A DNA stretch of 64,000 nt from an uncultured Nitrosopumilales archaeon (GCA_964544235.1 CAZIZY010000007.1:3043-67042); one strand, 5' to 3'. Numbered from the stretch's first letter, positions 30,753 to 40,266 are shown. Notes: generated from the letters alone by a model not told the origin. Numbers and translations are program-made.

Positions 30753-31181
30753 TTAAGACTTAAATTGATTAAAATATCTTACAACATTTTCTTTACGGTA
30801 AAAATAATACCATGCTATTGGAATTGTTATTATCACTAGTGATAAGAAAAATGCCATAAAATGTTTCGCATGATGTTTTGGCCATGATGCAATCCATTGG
30901 TGAATAAAAGGCTCTATTGATTTTAATATAATCCCAGTTATACATAATAAAAACCCTATTCCGTAAATTGTGTTGAACAAAAGAGATTGAAATGTATTGG
31001 TGTTTAAAGAAAACGGCTTATAAATAAAGATTGGAATTAAACTGATTATTAGAATAAAATTTATAACTAAACTAATTCGATTGAATGCTCCACCGATATA
31101 AATTAAAAGAGGAATTGGTTCCTCATATTCATGTTCTTTTTTGTATTTTATCCAGTCAATTATTTTACGCGTTAAATTCAT
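30753..31181 (-). CDS. Hypothetical membrane protein
   Basis: 142 aa with 3-4 hydrophobic helices. No motif recognised. Confidence 0.35.
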   Translation of the reverse strand: MNLTRKIIDWIKYKKEHEYEEPIPLLIYIGGAFNRISLVINFILIISLIPIFIYKPFSLNTNTFQSLLFNTIYGIGFLLCITGIILKSIEPFIHQWIASWPKHHAKHFMAFFLSLVIITIPIAWYYFYRKENVVRYFNQFKS

Positions 31182-31197
31182 TATTAACTAATTTTTA

Positions 31198-31830
31198 TTA
31201 CGGATTAGCTGTAATTGAAACTTTCATTTCAATCTTTTCAAGGGGATTGTCTCTATCATCCCTTGGTTGTGAAACAATTGAGTCAGCAGTTTCAATATTC
31301 TCAATGACTTCTCCAAATACTGTGTATTGACCATCTAATGATGGAGTATTCTTAACCATTATGAAAAATTGTGATCCAGCGCTATTCGGATCAGATGATC
31401 TAGCCATCGATAATATTCCTCTATTGTGCGGTTTACTATTGAATTCAGCATTAATGCTATATCCTGGCCCACCAGTACCATCGTTTGATCTATCTCCATC
31501 TTTTGATAATGGATCTCCTCCTTGAATCATGAATCCAGGAATAACTCGATGAAAAGTAGTTCCATCATAAAATCCTTCTTTGGCAAGTTTCTTAAAGTTC
31601 TCAACATGACCTGGGGCTTCATTAGGGAAAAATCTTATAACCATTTTACCAAATTCCGTTTCAATAATTCCATACTCTTCATTTTCATAATCTGAAGGAG
31701 ATTGTTCAGTAAATGTAGTTGCACTCAAATCTAACATCATTATTGTTGCTATTACAGCTATAATAATTATACCAATTCCAATAATATTCGTTCTTTTTGA
31801 AGATATTTTATTTCTTGACGTCATCGTCAT
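31198..31830 (-). CDS. Cyclophilin-type peptidyl-prolyl cis-trans isomerase with an N-terminal membrane anchor
   Basis: FHRVIPGFMIQGGDP, GILSMAR and SQFFI, preceded by a TM segment IIGIGIIIIAVIATIMML. Confidence 0.9.
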   Translation of the reverse strand: MTMTSRNKISSKRTNIIGIGIIIIAVIATIMMLDLSATTFTEQSPSDYENEEYGIIETEFGKMVIRFFPNEAPGHVENFKKLAKEGFYDGTTFHRVIPGFMIQGGDPLSKDGDRSNDGTGGPGYSINAEFNSKPHNRGILSMARSSDPNSAGSQFFIMVKNTPSLDGQYTVFGEVIENIETADSIVSQPRDDRDNPLEKIEMKVSITANP

Positions 31831-31959
31831 TACTGCTTATCTATTTTATTGTATCTTATATTGTTATGTTATTCTAATATTCAATAAGTTCTGCTTGTAA
31901 TTTTTTATTAATTATAATAATGTTTTAAATCATATACTGTTTCTTATATTATGACGGTG

Positions 31960-32128
31960 GGGGACGTTGCCCAGCCAGGTAGGGCGTTAGCCGCCTTATT
32001 AATAACAGGCAGCCGCTAAGCGCTCCAGAAGTTTACCCTAAACTATAGGTTAACTGACGAATAGAATGATGTTCTTCAGGAGCTGCGGTGAGACGCAAAG
32101 GTCGCCGGTTCAATTCCGGTCGTCCCCA
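31960..32128 (+). tRNA. tRNA-Trp(CCA) with two introns: 31 nt in the anticodon stem (28/29; 31989-32019) and 64 nt at the canonical 37/38 site (32029-32092)
   Basis: Acceptor GGGGACG/CGUCCCC with A73, D arm GCCC-AGCCAGGUA-GGGC, T arm GCCGG-UUCAAUU-CCGGU. After removing both introns the anticodon arm is UUGCG-CUCCAGA-CGCAA with variable AGGUC (74 nt mature). Intron 1 has a clean BHB (central GGCG/CGCU, bulges UU|A and AA|G, inner GCCGCC/GGCAGC). The intron 2 motif is relaxed. Confidence 0.8.
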
Positions 32129-32168
32129 CCTTTAAATTATCTCGTTACTAATAATATACTTACAAAAT

Positions 32169-33116
32169 ATGACGACATTAATTTTCGGTGGAACCGGATT
32201 CATTGGTAGACGTACAATTCCTCGGCTGGTTAACCGAGGTGAAGATGTAGTCGTTATGGACCTTAATACAAGCGCAGCTGATTTCAGTGAGTACGGAGAC
32301 GCGGTAAAGCTAGTTCAAGGCGATGTTACTAATTTTGAAGACGTAATCAAGGCAGTAATATCTTCTAAACCAGATCGAATAATGAATTTAGCGTATTTAT
32401 TAGGTTCAGGTGAAGACACCCCACATTTTTCGCTTCGAGTCAATATCCTTGGTATGGATAACTGTTTCGAGGCAGCCAGGTTATGCGGGGTTGACCGAGT
32501 AACTTATGCAAGTTCACTTGGTGTCAGTGGGCTTCAAAGTCACTTTGGAAATCGTATGACCACTGAAGACGATCCAATGTTCGGAATAAAACAATATTCT
32601 AAACACAAAATGTTCAATGAATATCAAGCTTCTCAGTATAACCGAATCTATAACATGAAAATTACCGGTATCAGACCATCAATGATAACTGGGTATGACA
32701 AAGTTAGAGGGTCAACTGATCACGTTTTAGCAATAGTTTTACCTGCTGAAGGGTTACCTGTTAATTTTCCATACAAAGGAATAACTCGTTTGCCATTACA
32801 TGTCGATGAAATAGCAGAGGTATTCACTCGTGTGACGCTTGCAAATTCAACAAAATATGAAATTTACAACACTGGCGGTACCCCGATAAGTTTAGGTGAA
32901 ATCGCAGAAATAGTTAAAGAATTCATTCCTGATGCCGAGATTACGTTTGATAATGAGGGTGGTATCGAACACTCGGATACTTACTTGGTTGATAATAGTC
33001 GCCTATTAACAGAATTTGAAATAGAGTATGCTCCGTATAGAGACAGAGTGCTTCAGATGATAAACGAGGTTCGTCAGCATCACGATATGCCATTGATTGA
33101 CAAATCAATATTGTGA
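32169..33116 (+). CDS. NAD-dependent epimerase/dehydratase (extended SDR)
   Basis: LIFGGTGFIGRR (GxxGxxG) and the catalytic YSKHK (YxxxK). Noticeably more G+C-rich than its neighbours. Confidence 0.8.
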   Translation: MTTLIFGGTGFIGRRTIPRLVNRGEDVVVMDLNTSAADFSEYGDAVKLVQGDVTNFEDVIKAVISSKPDRIMNLAYLLGSGEDTPHFSLRVNILGMDNCFEAARLCGVDRVTYASSLGVSGLQSHFGNRMTTEDDPMFGIKQYSKHKMFNEYQASQYNRIYNMKITGIRPSMITGYDKVRGSTDHVLAIVLPAEGLPVNFPYKGITRLPLHVDEIAEVFTRVTLANSTKYEIYNTGGTPISLGEIAEIVKEFIPDAEITFDNEGGIEHSDTYLVDNSRLLTEFEIEYAPYRDRVLQMINEVRQHHDMPLIDKSIL

Positions 33117-33155
33117 AAAACTATATACTTGCAAAATACTTGATATATTGTCATA

Positions 33156-33575
33156 TTGATTCAAGAGTTTTCAGCAGGTGCCGTTGTATTATTTAAAGGA
33201 ATTGAATATGAATATCTTTCTCTTCATTATCCTGCTGGTCATTGGGATTTTCCAAAGGGTAATATAGAAAAAAACGAATCAGAACTTCAAACAGTTAAAC
33301 GAGAAATAAAAGAAGAAACTGGAATTGATGATTTAGTAATATTCGATGGGTTTCATAAAATTATTAAATATGTTTATTCAAGTCATGGAAAAACAATTGA
33401 TAAACAAGTATCTTTCTATTTGGCTGAAACAAAAACAAAAAAAGTTAATTTATCTCATGAACATATAGGGTTTGAATGGAATAATTTTGAAGATTCCCTT
33501 AATAAATTAAGTTATAACAATGCTAAAAGCGTCCTTAATTCTGTAAACGAATTCATGTTAAATTTAAATGATTAA
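33156..33575 (+). CDS. NUDIX hydrolase
   Basis: Nudix box GNIEKNESELQTVKREIKEETGI (Gx5Ex7REUxEExGU). TTG start. Confidence 0.8.
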   Translation: MIQEFSAGAVVLFKGIEYEYLSLHYPAGHWDFPKGNIEKNESELQTVKREIKEETGIDDLVIFDGFHKIIKYVYSSHGKTIDKQVSFYLAETKTKKVNLSHEHIGFEWNNFEDSLNKLSYNNAKSVLNSVNEFMLNLND

Positions 33576-33600
33576 AATCATAACTATGATAGTTAATTTA

Positions 33601-34305
33601 TTATTTTAGTTCAACTAATGGATGACTTTTCATTAATCTAATTATTTTTATGAAAATGTACCCATGTTCTTCTATTTTATCAGTTAAAGTAGCATTAGAT
33701 GGATTAGATATGGGAAATTTAAGGAAATTATTATTACCGATATCATTAATCTCTTGATAAAAAAATAAACAACCATCGTCTGATTCATCTATTCTTGTGA
33801 AGGTTCCAATAATGTATTTATCATTGTTCTGAAATGCGAAAATAGGTAAAGGTGGATCTTCAAACGCTGATTTGTATGAACATACTTTAGCTAAATTAGC
33901 TAGATCCTTAACTAATACTGAATTATATTTTTCTGTTTCATCATCATTATTTGTTGTTTCTTTCAATATTTCTGGAATAGTATTCAGTGAAATTATTGGT
34001 GAATAACTAAAGATTGGATTATCAGCTGTATTTGTTAATTTGCTTTCCTCCATTCCTTCTGAATTCTTGTATGAGAGATAATGACTTACAGAAGTTATTT
34101 TAACAAAATATATTATTGGCCTTTTTTTGAATGTATCTAATTGAATTATCAGTATTTTATTTCCATTCTTATCTATATTTAAAACCGGTAATGGGATTCG
34201 TTCGTAAGCACAAACAAGTCTTCCCATTTCTTTCACAGATTTAAGCTCAATATAATGTGGTGATTTAATTTCATTGTCTTCAGATTTAGTCATTATGCTG
34301 TTCAT
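33601..34305 (-). CDS. Hypothetical protein with an internal duplication
   Basis: 234 aa. The two halves share the pattern VC(A/S)Y..x..PLP(V/I)..N(x)K..II. No family recognised. Confidence 0.45.
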   Translation of the reverse strand: MNSIMTKSEDNEIKSPHYIELKSVKEMGRLVCAYERIPLPVLNIDKNGNKILIIQLDTFKKRPIIYFVKITSVSHYLSYKNSEGMEESKLTNTADNPIFSYSPIISLNTIPEILKETTNNDDETEKYNSVLVKDLANLAKVCSYKSAFEDPPLPIFAFQNNDKYIIGTFTRIDESDDGCLFFYQEINDIGNNNFLKFPISNPSNATLTDKIEEHGYIFIKIIRLMKSHPLVELK

Positions 34306-34370
34306 ATTTTTCTAAGTTAAATAGTTTGTAGAATTATACGAATATAATTAGAATTAAAAGTGCATCTGAT

Positions 34371-34739
34371 ATGGAGAACAAAGAGAGATTTAAAAAAATT
34401 AACTCTATTTTACCTGAATTAATAATTCAACTAGAAAACTATCTCTTGAGTGAAATTATCTTAAATGATGAATTTGTTGATAGCCTTTGGGAAATTCAAA
34501 GCAATCTCGAATACTCTATTTTAATGTTCAAATTATGTCTAGACGACGATATTGATTTTTCATCTCAAAGAGATCCAAAAATAACAGATCCTAAAGAAAT
34601 GATCCACGAATCCCTACATGCAATTAAAAATACACTTCAATATATGGAAAATGATGATAATATCAATGCTCTTAATTCTTTAAGATATGGAAGTTATCTT
34701 ATTAAAAACACTATTGCAAAAATTAGAAGGAAACAATAA
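34371..34739 (+). CDS. Hypothetical all-helical protein
   Basis: 122 aa, acidic, no motif recognised. Coding status rests on ORF length and composition only. Confidence 0.35.
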   Translation: MENKERFKKINSILPELIIQLENYLLSEIILNDEFVDSLWEIQSNLEYSILMFKLCLDDDIDFSSQRDPKITDPKEMIHESLHAIKNTLQYMENDDNINALNSLRYGSYLIKNTIAKIRRKQ

Positions 34740-34772
34740 TTCACTAAATTATTCTTAATCTTTATTCTATTC

Positions 34773-35774
34773 TTATCGTCTTCTATCAATAATATGATTT
34801 TCATTAGCTCCTGTTCCAATTAATGTTACAGGAACTCCAGTCTCCTCTTCGATTTTTTTAATAAATTGACTGGATTGATTATCAAGTTTCGAAAAGTCAC
34901 TAATTCCCGCTGTTTGTGGATACAATATGTCTAGTTTTGTTAATGCAATTTGAGTTGCACTATTTATTATGCAAGCTTTCTTTGCTAATTCAAAGTTAAA
35001 CGGAGCAGCTCTTCTTTGTCTTCCTGTAACTGTTCCAAATTCTGACCATCCTTTTTTATTAATTTCTTCTTCTGAAATCTCATTTTCAAGTGGTCCAGCT
35101 CCAACTCTAGTTACATAACTTTTGAAGACTACAATTACCTCGTCTACATTTTTCGGACCTATTCCAACATCAGAGCAAGCTGCAGATGCAGTAACATCTT
35201 TCGATGTAACATAAGGATATTCTCCATGATAAAGTGAGATATACATTCCTTGTGTTCCTTCTATCAGTATATTTTGATTACTTGAAATTAATTTTCCTAA
35301 TTCATATGGGACATCTCCAATAAAAGCAGATAATTCATTGGCATCTTTCGCTAATTTTATTTTACGAAGAGCTCGATCGGCATTAGCTGGTCCTGTTCCA
35401 GTACCCGTAGTAGCTATTTTATTCTTAAGATTTCCTTTTTTATCCGTTTCAATATGTTCTTTTTCAATAATTCCACATTTTTGATCGATAATTAACCTAT
35501 CATATGCTTGAACCTCCTTAATTTCTTTTAATAATACTTCACTATCAATAAGAACTCCTGGTCCAATTAGTAATTTAGTTTCTTTATTAACAAATCCACT
35601 AGGCACTAATCTTATTTTGATAGTTTTTCCTAAATGCATTATTGTATGACCCGCATTAGGTCCAACTCCCGCTCTCACACATGCCGCTAAATCGTCATTA
35701 AGAGTTAAATAACTAGCAATTTTTCCTTTTCCTTCATCTCCAAAAAAACCGCCAACAACAATTGTTGCACCCAT
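34773..35774 (-). CDS. purA: Adenylosuccinate synthetase (short archaeal form)
   Basis: GGFFGDEGKGKI P-loop, GPNAGHT, TTGTGTGPA and GTVTGRQRR. Confidence 0.9.
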   Translation of the reverse strand: MGATIVVGGFFGDEGKGKIASYLTLNDDLAACVRAGVGPNAGHTIMHLGKTIKIRLVPSGFVNKETKLLIGPGVLIDSEVLLKEIKEVQAYDRLIIDQKCGIIEKEHIETDKKGNLKNKIATTGTGTGPANADRALRKIKLAKDANELSAFIGDVPYELGKLISSNQNILIEGTQGMYISLYHGEYPYVTSKDVTASAACSDVGIGPKNVDEVIVVFKSYVTRVGAGPLENEISEEEINKKGWSEFGTVTGRQRRAAPFNFELAKKACIINSATQIALTKLDILYPQTAGISDFSKLDNQSSQFIKKIEEETGVPVTLIGTGANENHIIDRRR

Positions 35775-35817
35775 TTCTAATCTATCAATAAAAATAAAGG
35801 TATATTTATTTTATTAA

Positions 35818-36609
35818 TTATTTACCAAATCTTCTTGATCTTTTTTGGTATGTTCTTATAGCTCTCATTAAATCAATTTTTCTAAAATCTGGCCAATAAA
35901 CATCTAAAAATATGAGTTCACTGTAAGCACTTTGCCATATGAGAAAATCACTTAATCTTTCTTCACCAGATGTTCTTATTATCACATCTGGTTCAGGATT
36001 GCTAAGATGAGATGTGTATAAATTCTCATCAATAGTTTTTTGAGTTATATCATCTAATTCAATTTCTCCTTCTTTATATTTTGAAATTATCTTTTTGAAA
36101 CAATCAATTATTTCAGATCTTCCTCCATATACTAAAGCAATATTCAAATAATGATTATCAAATTTTGCTGTATTAGATTCAAGTTTATTTAATAGTGTTT
36201 GAAGTTTTTTTGGTAATTGATCAATTTTACCTATGCTTGTAATTCTTACTTCATATTCTATTATTCGTTTATCAGAAAGTAGTTCATATAACTTCATTTC
36301 AATTACTCTAAATATTTCTTCTAATTCTTCCTGTGATCTGTTTAGATTCTCATCTGATAATGCGTAAATTGTAAGTGTTTTAATTTTTAGTTCATGACAC
36401 CATTCTAATAGTTCTGTGGCTACATTGGCACCAGCTTTATGTCCGAAACCTAATCCTGAGTTATTATTTACCGCCCATCTTCGATTACCATCTAAAATTA
36501 TTCCAACGTGATTGGGAATATCAGATCCAGTTATTTGTGTGTTCAGATATTTATTATACATCTTATAAATTCCGCCTGATTTTAGAATCTTATGTAGAAT
36601 CCAAATCAC
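35818..36609 (-). CDS. uppS: cis-prenyltransferase (undecaprenyl/di-trans,poly-cis-polyprenyl diphosphate synthase)
   Basis: HVGIILDGNRRWA, IRTSGEERLSDFLIWQ and ..RRFGK. The GTG start overlaps the upstream stop (GTGA). An internal ATG at 36561 is an alternative start. Confidence 0.9.
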   Translation of the reverse strand: MIWILHKILKSGGIYKMYNKYLNTQITGSDIPNHVGIILDGNRRWAVNNNSGLGFGHKAGANVATELLEWCHELKIKTLTIYALSDENLNRSQEELEEIFRVIEMKLYELLSDKRIIEYEVRITSIGKIDQLPKKLQTLLNKLESNTAKFDNHYLNIALVYGGRSEIIDCFKKIISKYKEGEIELDDITQKTIDENLYTSHLSNPEPDVIIRTSGEERLSDFLIWQSAYSELIFLDVYWPDFRKIDLMRAIRTYQKRSRRFGK

Positions 36610-37748
36610 CTTCTTCTTTTTGGTTTAGAATATCTTTCAGAGACAGTAACTCCTAACGAAACACCTCCAATTCCTAATAATAAAGAAGAAAGTAATAGTA
36701 TGAGATCTCCAGTTCCAGTAATTATGAGAGAAAATTGTAAAATAGGCATGTACAAAAGTATCAATACCCAATTTGCCATTAAATCTCTAGCAATTTTTGG
36801 ACTATTCTTAAGCCAATTTGAAAGTGCTGACCCTGAAAAATATGTACCTAAACCTAACCATAGGAAATTAATAGATTCTTGAATAAATGTTCCAGCTACT
36901 TTTGGCAAATATTTGAAGCTTAATTGCCTATCAGCTAGTTGCATAAATTCATTTGAATTTGAAATTGTTACATAAGCTAAGTATAATGATGATACCGAAA
37001 TTAGAATTCCTGCAAGAAGTGAAAATATTCTGATATATCCTGCTTGATTCTTGGTCTTTGTGTAACCTAATTCACTTCTAAATTGTAATAACCAAGAACC
37101 TATATCAAATCCACGAATAACTAACGCACCTCCTATTATGATTAATGAAACTGTAAGTGCTATTCTTGTAATTCCAAGATAATACATTAAACTATATGCA
37201 AGAAATATTAATCCTGGAACTCCTAAAGCAAAACGCGAATATTTTGGTTCATAAATTAATAATTTAATATATTTTCCTAACACAAAATAAGACTCTTCAA
37301 TTCTTCGACTATGTTTTATTGTAATTCTTTTAATTGAATGAACTGGAAAATTTCTTTTGAGTATCTCGATTATACTTTCATCTTCTGATCCATCTACTAC
37401 AAGAATTATACTATCACAATGAAATTTATCCATTAATACTTCTGCTTCTGAAATTATTTTTCGGTCAGCTTCATATCCTCCATCTTTTTTTCCTGTTATT
37501 ATTCCAACTTCTGCATCATATCCCTTTTTATTAAGTTCAGAGAATTCTTTTACCGCCGCAAAAATTGTATTTGAATCAGCATCCTCGGGATCAGCTAAAG
37601 CGAGCTTTGAAGCGATTTCTAAGCATTTTTCTCTTCCTAATGAAGGAGTCTGTTCTGATGTTTTTATTCCAACATCATCATCTCTGTCTACACAAATAAC
37701 TAATACTTTTTTCCTTTTACCGAAAGACGAACTCATACTTTGATCCAT
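36606..37748 (-). CDS. DUF373-family archaeal membrane protein
   Basis: Soluble N-terminal domain KVLVICVDRDDDVG.. followed by about 6 TM helices, the typical DUF373 layout. Confidence 0.6.
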   Translation of the reverse strand: MDQSMSSSFGKRKKVLVICVDRDDDVGIKTSEQTPSLGREKCLEIASKLALADPEDADSNTIFAAVKEFSELNKKGYDAEVGIITGKKDGGYEADRKIISEAEVLMDKFHCDSIILVVDGSEDESIIEILKRNFPVHSIKRITIKHSRRIEESYFVLGKYIKLLIYEPKYSRFALGVPGLIFLAYSLMYYLGITRIALTVSLIIIGGALVIRGFDIGSWLLQFRSELGYTKTKNQAGYIRIFSLLAGILISVSSLYLAYVTISNSNEFMQLADRQLSFKYLPKVAGTFIQESINFLWLGLGTYFSGSALSNWLKNSPKIARDLMANWVLILLYMPILQFSLIITGTGDLILLLSSLLLGIGGVSLGVTVSERYSKPKRRR

Positions 37749-37780
37749 CTATCCTTTAAATGAATATAAAGGCAAGCCTG

Positions 37781-38632
37781 TTATTTTGCTGTTAGCATCC
37801 ATTCATCAAATGTAAGTTTTTGTCCATCTTCTAACTTCTCTAAAGCTTGTTTCTTCTTCTCTTCAAGAATCTTTAAATCTTGTTGACGGATTATTTCTCC
37901 TCTATTTGAATTTACTATATTAAACATGTCACTACGCTTTTTCTTTATTGTAATTATTTTGTCTTGAATTTCAGTAAGAGATTCTTGAACCTTTAAAATC
38001 TTAGAATCAGTTTCGCTTATTGCATCAGATAATTTATCTCTTCCTTCTTCTTTTTCAAATATTTTTTCTCTAACACTTTCGAGGTGGGGAATCACATTCT
38101 CGCGTAATACGTCAATTTCAGATAGTTCGCTTTCTAATCTGTTTGTTTCTTTTCTTATTTCAACTGCTTCTACATTAGCTGCTTCAAGTTTCTCAAATTT
38201 CCTTACATCCGATTCATGTCCCGCAATCATTATGACAATCTTTTTTTCTTCTTCTTTACTAATTCTAGAAGTTTGAAGATTCCATTCTAATTGCGCTATT
38301 TGTTTTTTAGCATTCCTGATTTTCATACTCGGGTTTCCATGTTCGCTTTTAATTGCTTTTAATTTCTCTCTAATTTGTTTCAGTTGTGTTATAATTTCAC
38401 GACGATTTTTTCCTCCTCCTTTAAGATCTTTACTTAAATTAAATGCTAATTGTTTAGATTCTCTAATCTCTTTGTTAATTTCACTTATACTTTTTTTCGA
38501 ATTGGCTCTATTTTGAAAATGGTTTTTCAGTTCAATGATTAGCTTTCCTCTTTTTTGGAATAACGCCTTTAATTCATTTGCCGTTGAATCTATAGTCTCT
38601 TGTTCAGTTTGTGCTAAACCATTTCTCCTCAC
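37781..38632 (-). CDS. Archaeal coiled-coil protein (COG1340-like)
   Basis: 283 aa, almost entirely heptad-like K/E-rich sequence. Confidence 0.55.
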   Translation of the reverse strand: MRRNGLAQTEQETIDSTANELKALFQKRGKLIIELKNHFQNRANSKKSISEINKEIRESKQLAFNLSKDLKGGGKNRREIITQLKQIREKLKAIKSEHGNPSMKIRNAKKQIAQLEWNLQTSRISKEEEKKIVIMIAGHESDVRKFEKLEAANVEAVEIRKETNRLESELSEIDVLRENVIPHLESVREKIFEKEEGRDKLSDAISETDSKILKVQESLTEIQDKIITIKKKRSDMFNIVNSNRGEIIRQQDLKILEEKKKQALEKLEDGQKLTFDEWMLTAK

Positions 38633-38907
38633 TAAAATCTCATAAAATTATTGTAATCTTATTTAATCGGAGACAAGTTTTTCATATATATGTATTGTGG
38701 ATAAGTTGTCTAGTGTTATTTATAACGCCTCAATCTGATTTTTATTACATCTATTTTTTATTACACCTATATTAAAATATTAACTCATGTTAAGATTGAA
38801 TAGAGTATTTATTACGCTTAATGCTGCATTTTTATTTCGTTCTCTTTTAAATTAAGCAAAAAGTGAGATGATTTATTATTAAACCTGAAAAATTACTGAA
38901 TAAACCA

Positions 38908-39561
38908 TTGATTGATAATAAAATAGCAGGAATTGATGACGCTGGACGTGGTGCAATAATTGGACCATTAGTTATTGCTGGGATACTGGTTTCTGAAAAA
39001 GAATCTTCTATACTTTCTAAATTAGGTGTTAAAGATTCAAAATCTCTTTCTCCCATGGCTCGTTCAAAATTATATAAAGAAATTATAAAAAATGTAAATA
39101 AGGTAATTGTTAAAAAAATACCCACAAATAAAATAGATATCTATGTTTCAAAAGGAGAAAAATACAGAAAATTAAATTTTTTGGAAGCGATAACTATGTC
39201 ATCTGTAATAAATGAATTAAATCCATCCATAACTTATGTAGATTCGCCAGATGTTAATGTAGATAGATTTGGTTCTCAAATTGCATCATCATTAAATGTT
39301 GATTCAGAGATCGTTTCTTCTCATCATGCTGATCAATTGTATATTTCTGTATCGGCGGCTTCAATAGTGGCGAAATATGTTAGAGATTTAGAGATAAGTA
39401 AATTAATTAAAAAACATGGAGATTTTGGGAGTGGTTATCCATCTGATCAAAAAACAATAGATTTCTTATCTGATTGGTTAGTAGCCAAAGGTAAAATACC
39501 TAGATTTGCTCGCTCATCATGGAAAACTTGGCAAAGATTGTTGAATACTACTCTTGATTAA
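38908..39561 (+). CDS. rnhB: Ribonuclease HII
   Basis: IAGIDDAGRGAIIGPLVIAG, VDSPD and SAASIVAK. TTG start. Confidence 0.9.
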   Translation: MIDNKIAGIDDAGRGAIIGPLVIAGILVSEKESSILSKLGVKDSKSLSPMARSKLYKEIIKNVNKVIVKKIPTNKIDIYVSKGEKYRKLNFLEAITMSSVINELNPSITYVDSPDVNVDRFGSQIASSLNVDSEIVSSHHADQLYISVSAASIVAKYVRDLEISKLIKKHGDFGSGYPSDQKTIDFLSDWLVAKGKIPRFARSSWKTWQRLLNTTLD

Positions 39562-39567
39562 ATTATA

Positions 39568-40266
39568 TTATTGTTCATTAAATGATGCAACTATCATAAC
39601 ATGATCCTTGTCGTAAGGTTCTAATTTTATTATTTGAGATATTTTAAAATCCAATTTCTCAATCTTCTTTATTTCTTCCTTAAATACTTGCTCTGGATCT
39701 TTTGTGACATCTATGCTACTAGCTTTAATACATAATAATAGCGTTCCATCACTTTCAAGGTAATATTTTGAATTTTGTATAGCGATTTCAGTTTGTCGTG
39801 GATGTGAAATATCACAGTAAACAAGATTAACTTTGCCATATATTGAATCATATCGTTCAAATTTAGATGCATCTGATAATATTGGGACTATATTACTTCG
39901 AATTCGAGCTACTTTTTCAACAAATTCACGAGCTACTCTAGGTGCAATTTCAACTCCAAAAAGAATTCCTTGAGCATCAATAATATCTGAAATATGACTA
40001 GCAGTTGTTCCTGTCGACACTCCTAAATAAAGAACTTTTGAACCAATATTTATCGGAATTCTATTCAATCCTTTTATTATGGCCGACGCTAATTTACTTC
40101 TAAATGGATCCCAAATCCTGTATTCCGCATTATTATCTTCAATAAGTTTTTCTCCATACACTTTATTCCCTCGAACCAAGTTTTTGGTTGCGAGTTTATC
40201 TTTACCTTCTATCTTTATTATGGCTATGTTTTCTTCGTTTTTTATTTTTATTTTCATTCTTTTCAC
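39568..40266 (-). CDS. flpA: Fibrillarin (C/D box sRNP 2'-O-methyltransferase)
   Basis: YRIWDPFRSKLAAAI-like segment (EYRIWDPFRSKLASAI), SAM motif VLYLGVSTGTTASHISD. Located downstream of nop5. The exact start is uncertain because it overlaps the nop5 tail. Confidence 0.9.
   Translation of the reverse strand: MKRMKIKIKNEENIAIIKIEGKDKLATKNLVRGNKVYGEKLIEDNNAEYRIWDPFRSKLASAIIKGLNRIPINIGSKVLYLGVSTGTTASHISDIIDAQGILFGVEIAPRVAREFVEKVARIRSNIVPILSDASKFERYDSIYGKVNLVYCDISHPRQTEIAIQNSKYYLESDGTLLLCIKASSIDVTKDPEQVFKEEIKKIEKLDFKISQIIKLEPYDKDHVMIVASFNEQ

Noticed and set aside
32054-32092. A complete C/D box guide RNA inside the tRNA-Trp intron, as in Euryarchaeota.
   Set aside because: Only an internal CUGA-N8-AUGAUG pair is present. 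I could not find terminal C (RUGAUGA) and D (CUGA) boxes in the right order. The 5th-nucleotide rule does not point to C34 or U39 for any box assignment I tried. It is kept only as a remark in the tRNA-Trp finding.
38864-38900. Possible C/D box sRNA in the 275-nt spacer upstream of rnhB: GAGAUGA, 13 nt, CUGA, 7 nt, CUGA.
   Set aside because: The C box has a mismatch (AGAUGA for UGAUGA). There is no C' box or second guide, and the element abuts or overlaps the rnhB start region. That is too weak in AT-rich DNA. A 15-16-nt tandem TTTTTATTACAYCTA at 38739-38769 in the same spacer was noted too, but is plausibly a chance or promoter A/T repeat.
38847-39125. 92-aa minus-strand ORF overlapping the rnhB start.
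   Set aside because: The opposite strand encodes the canonical RNase HII N-terminus IAGIDDAGRGAIIGPLVIAG. The minus-strand product has no features.
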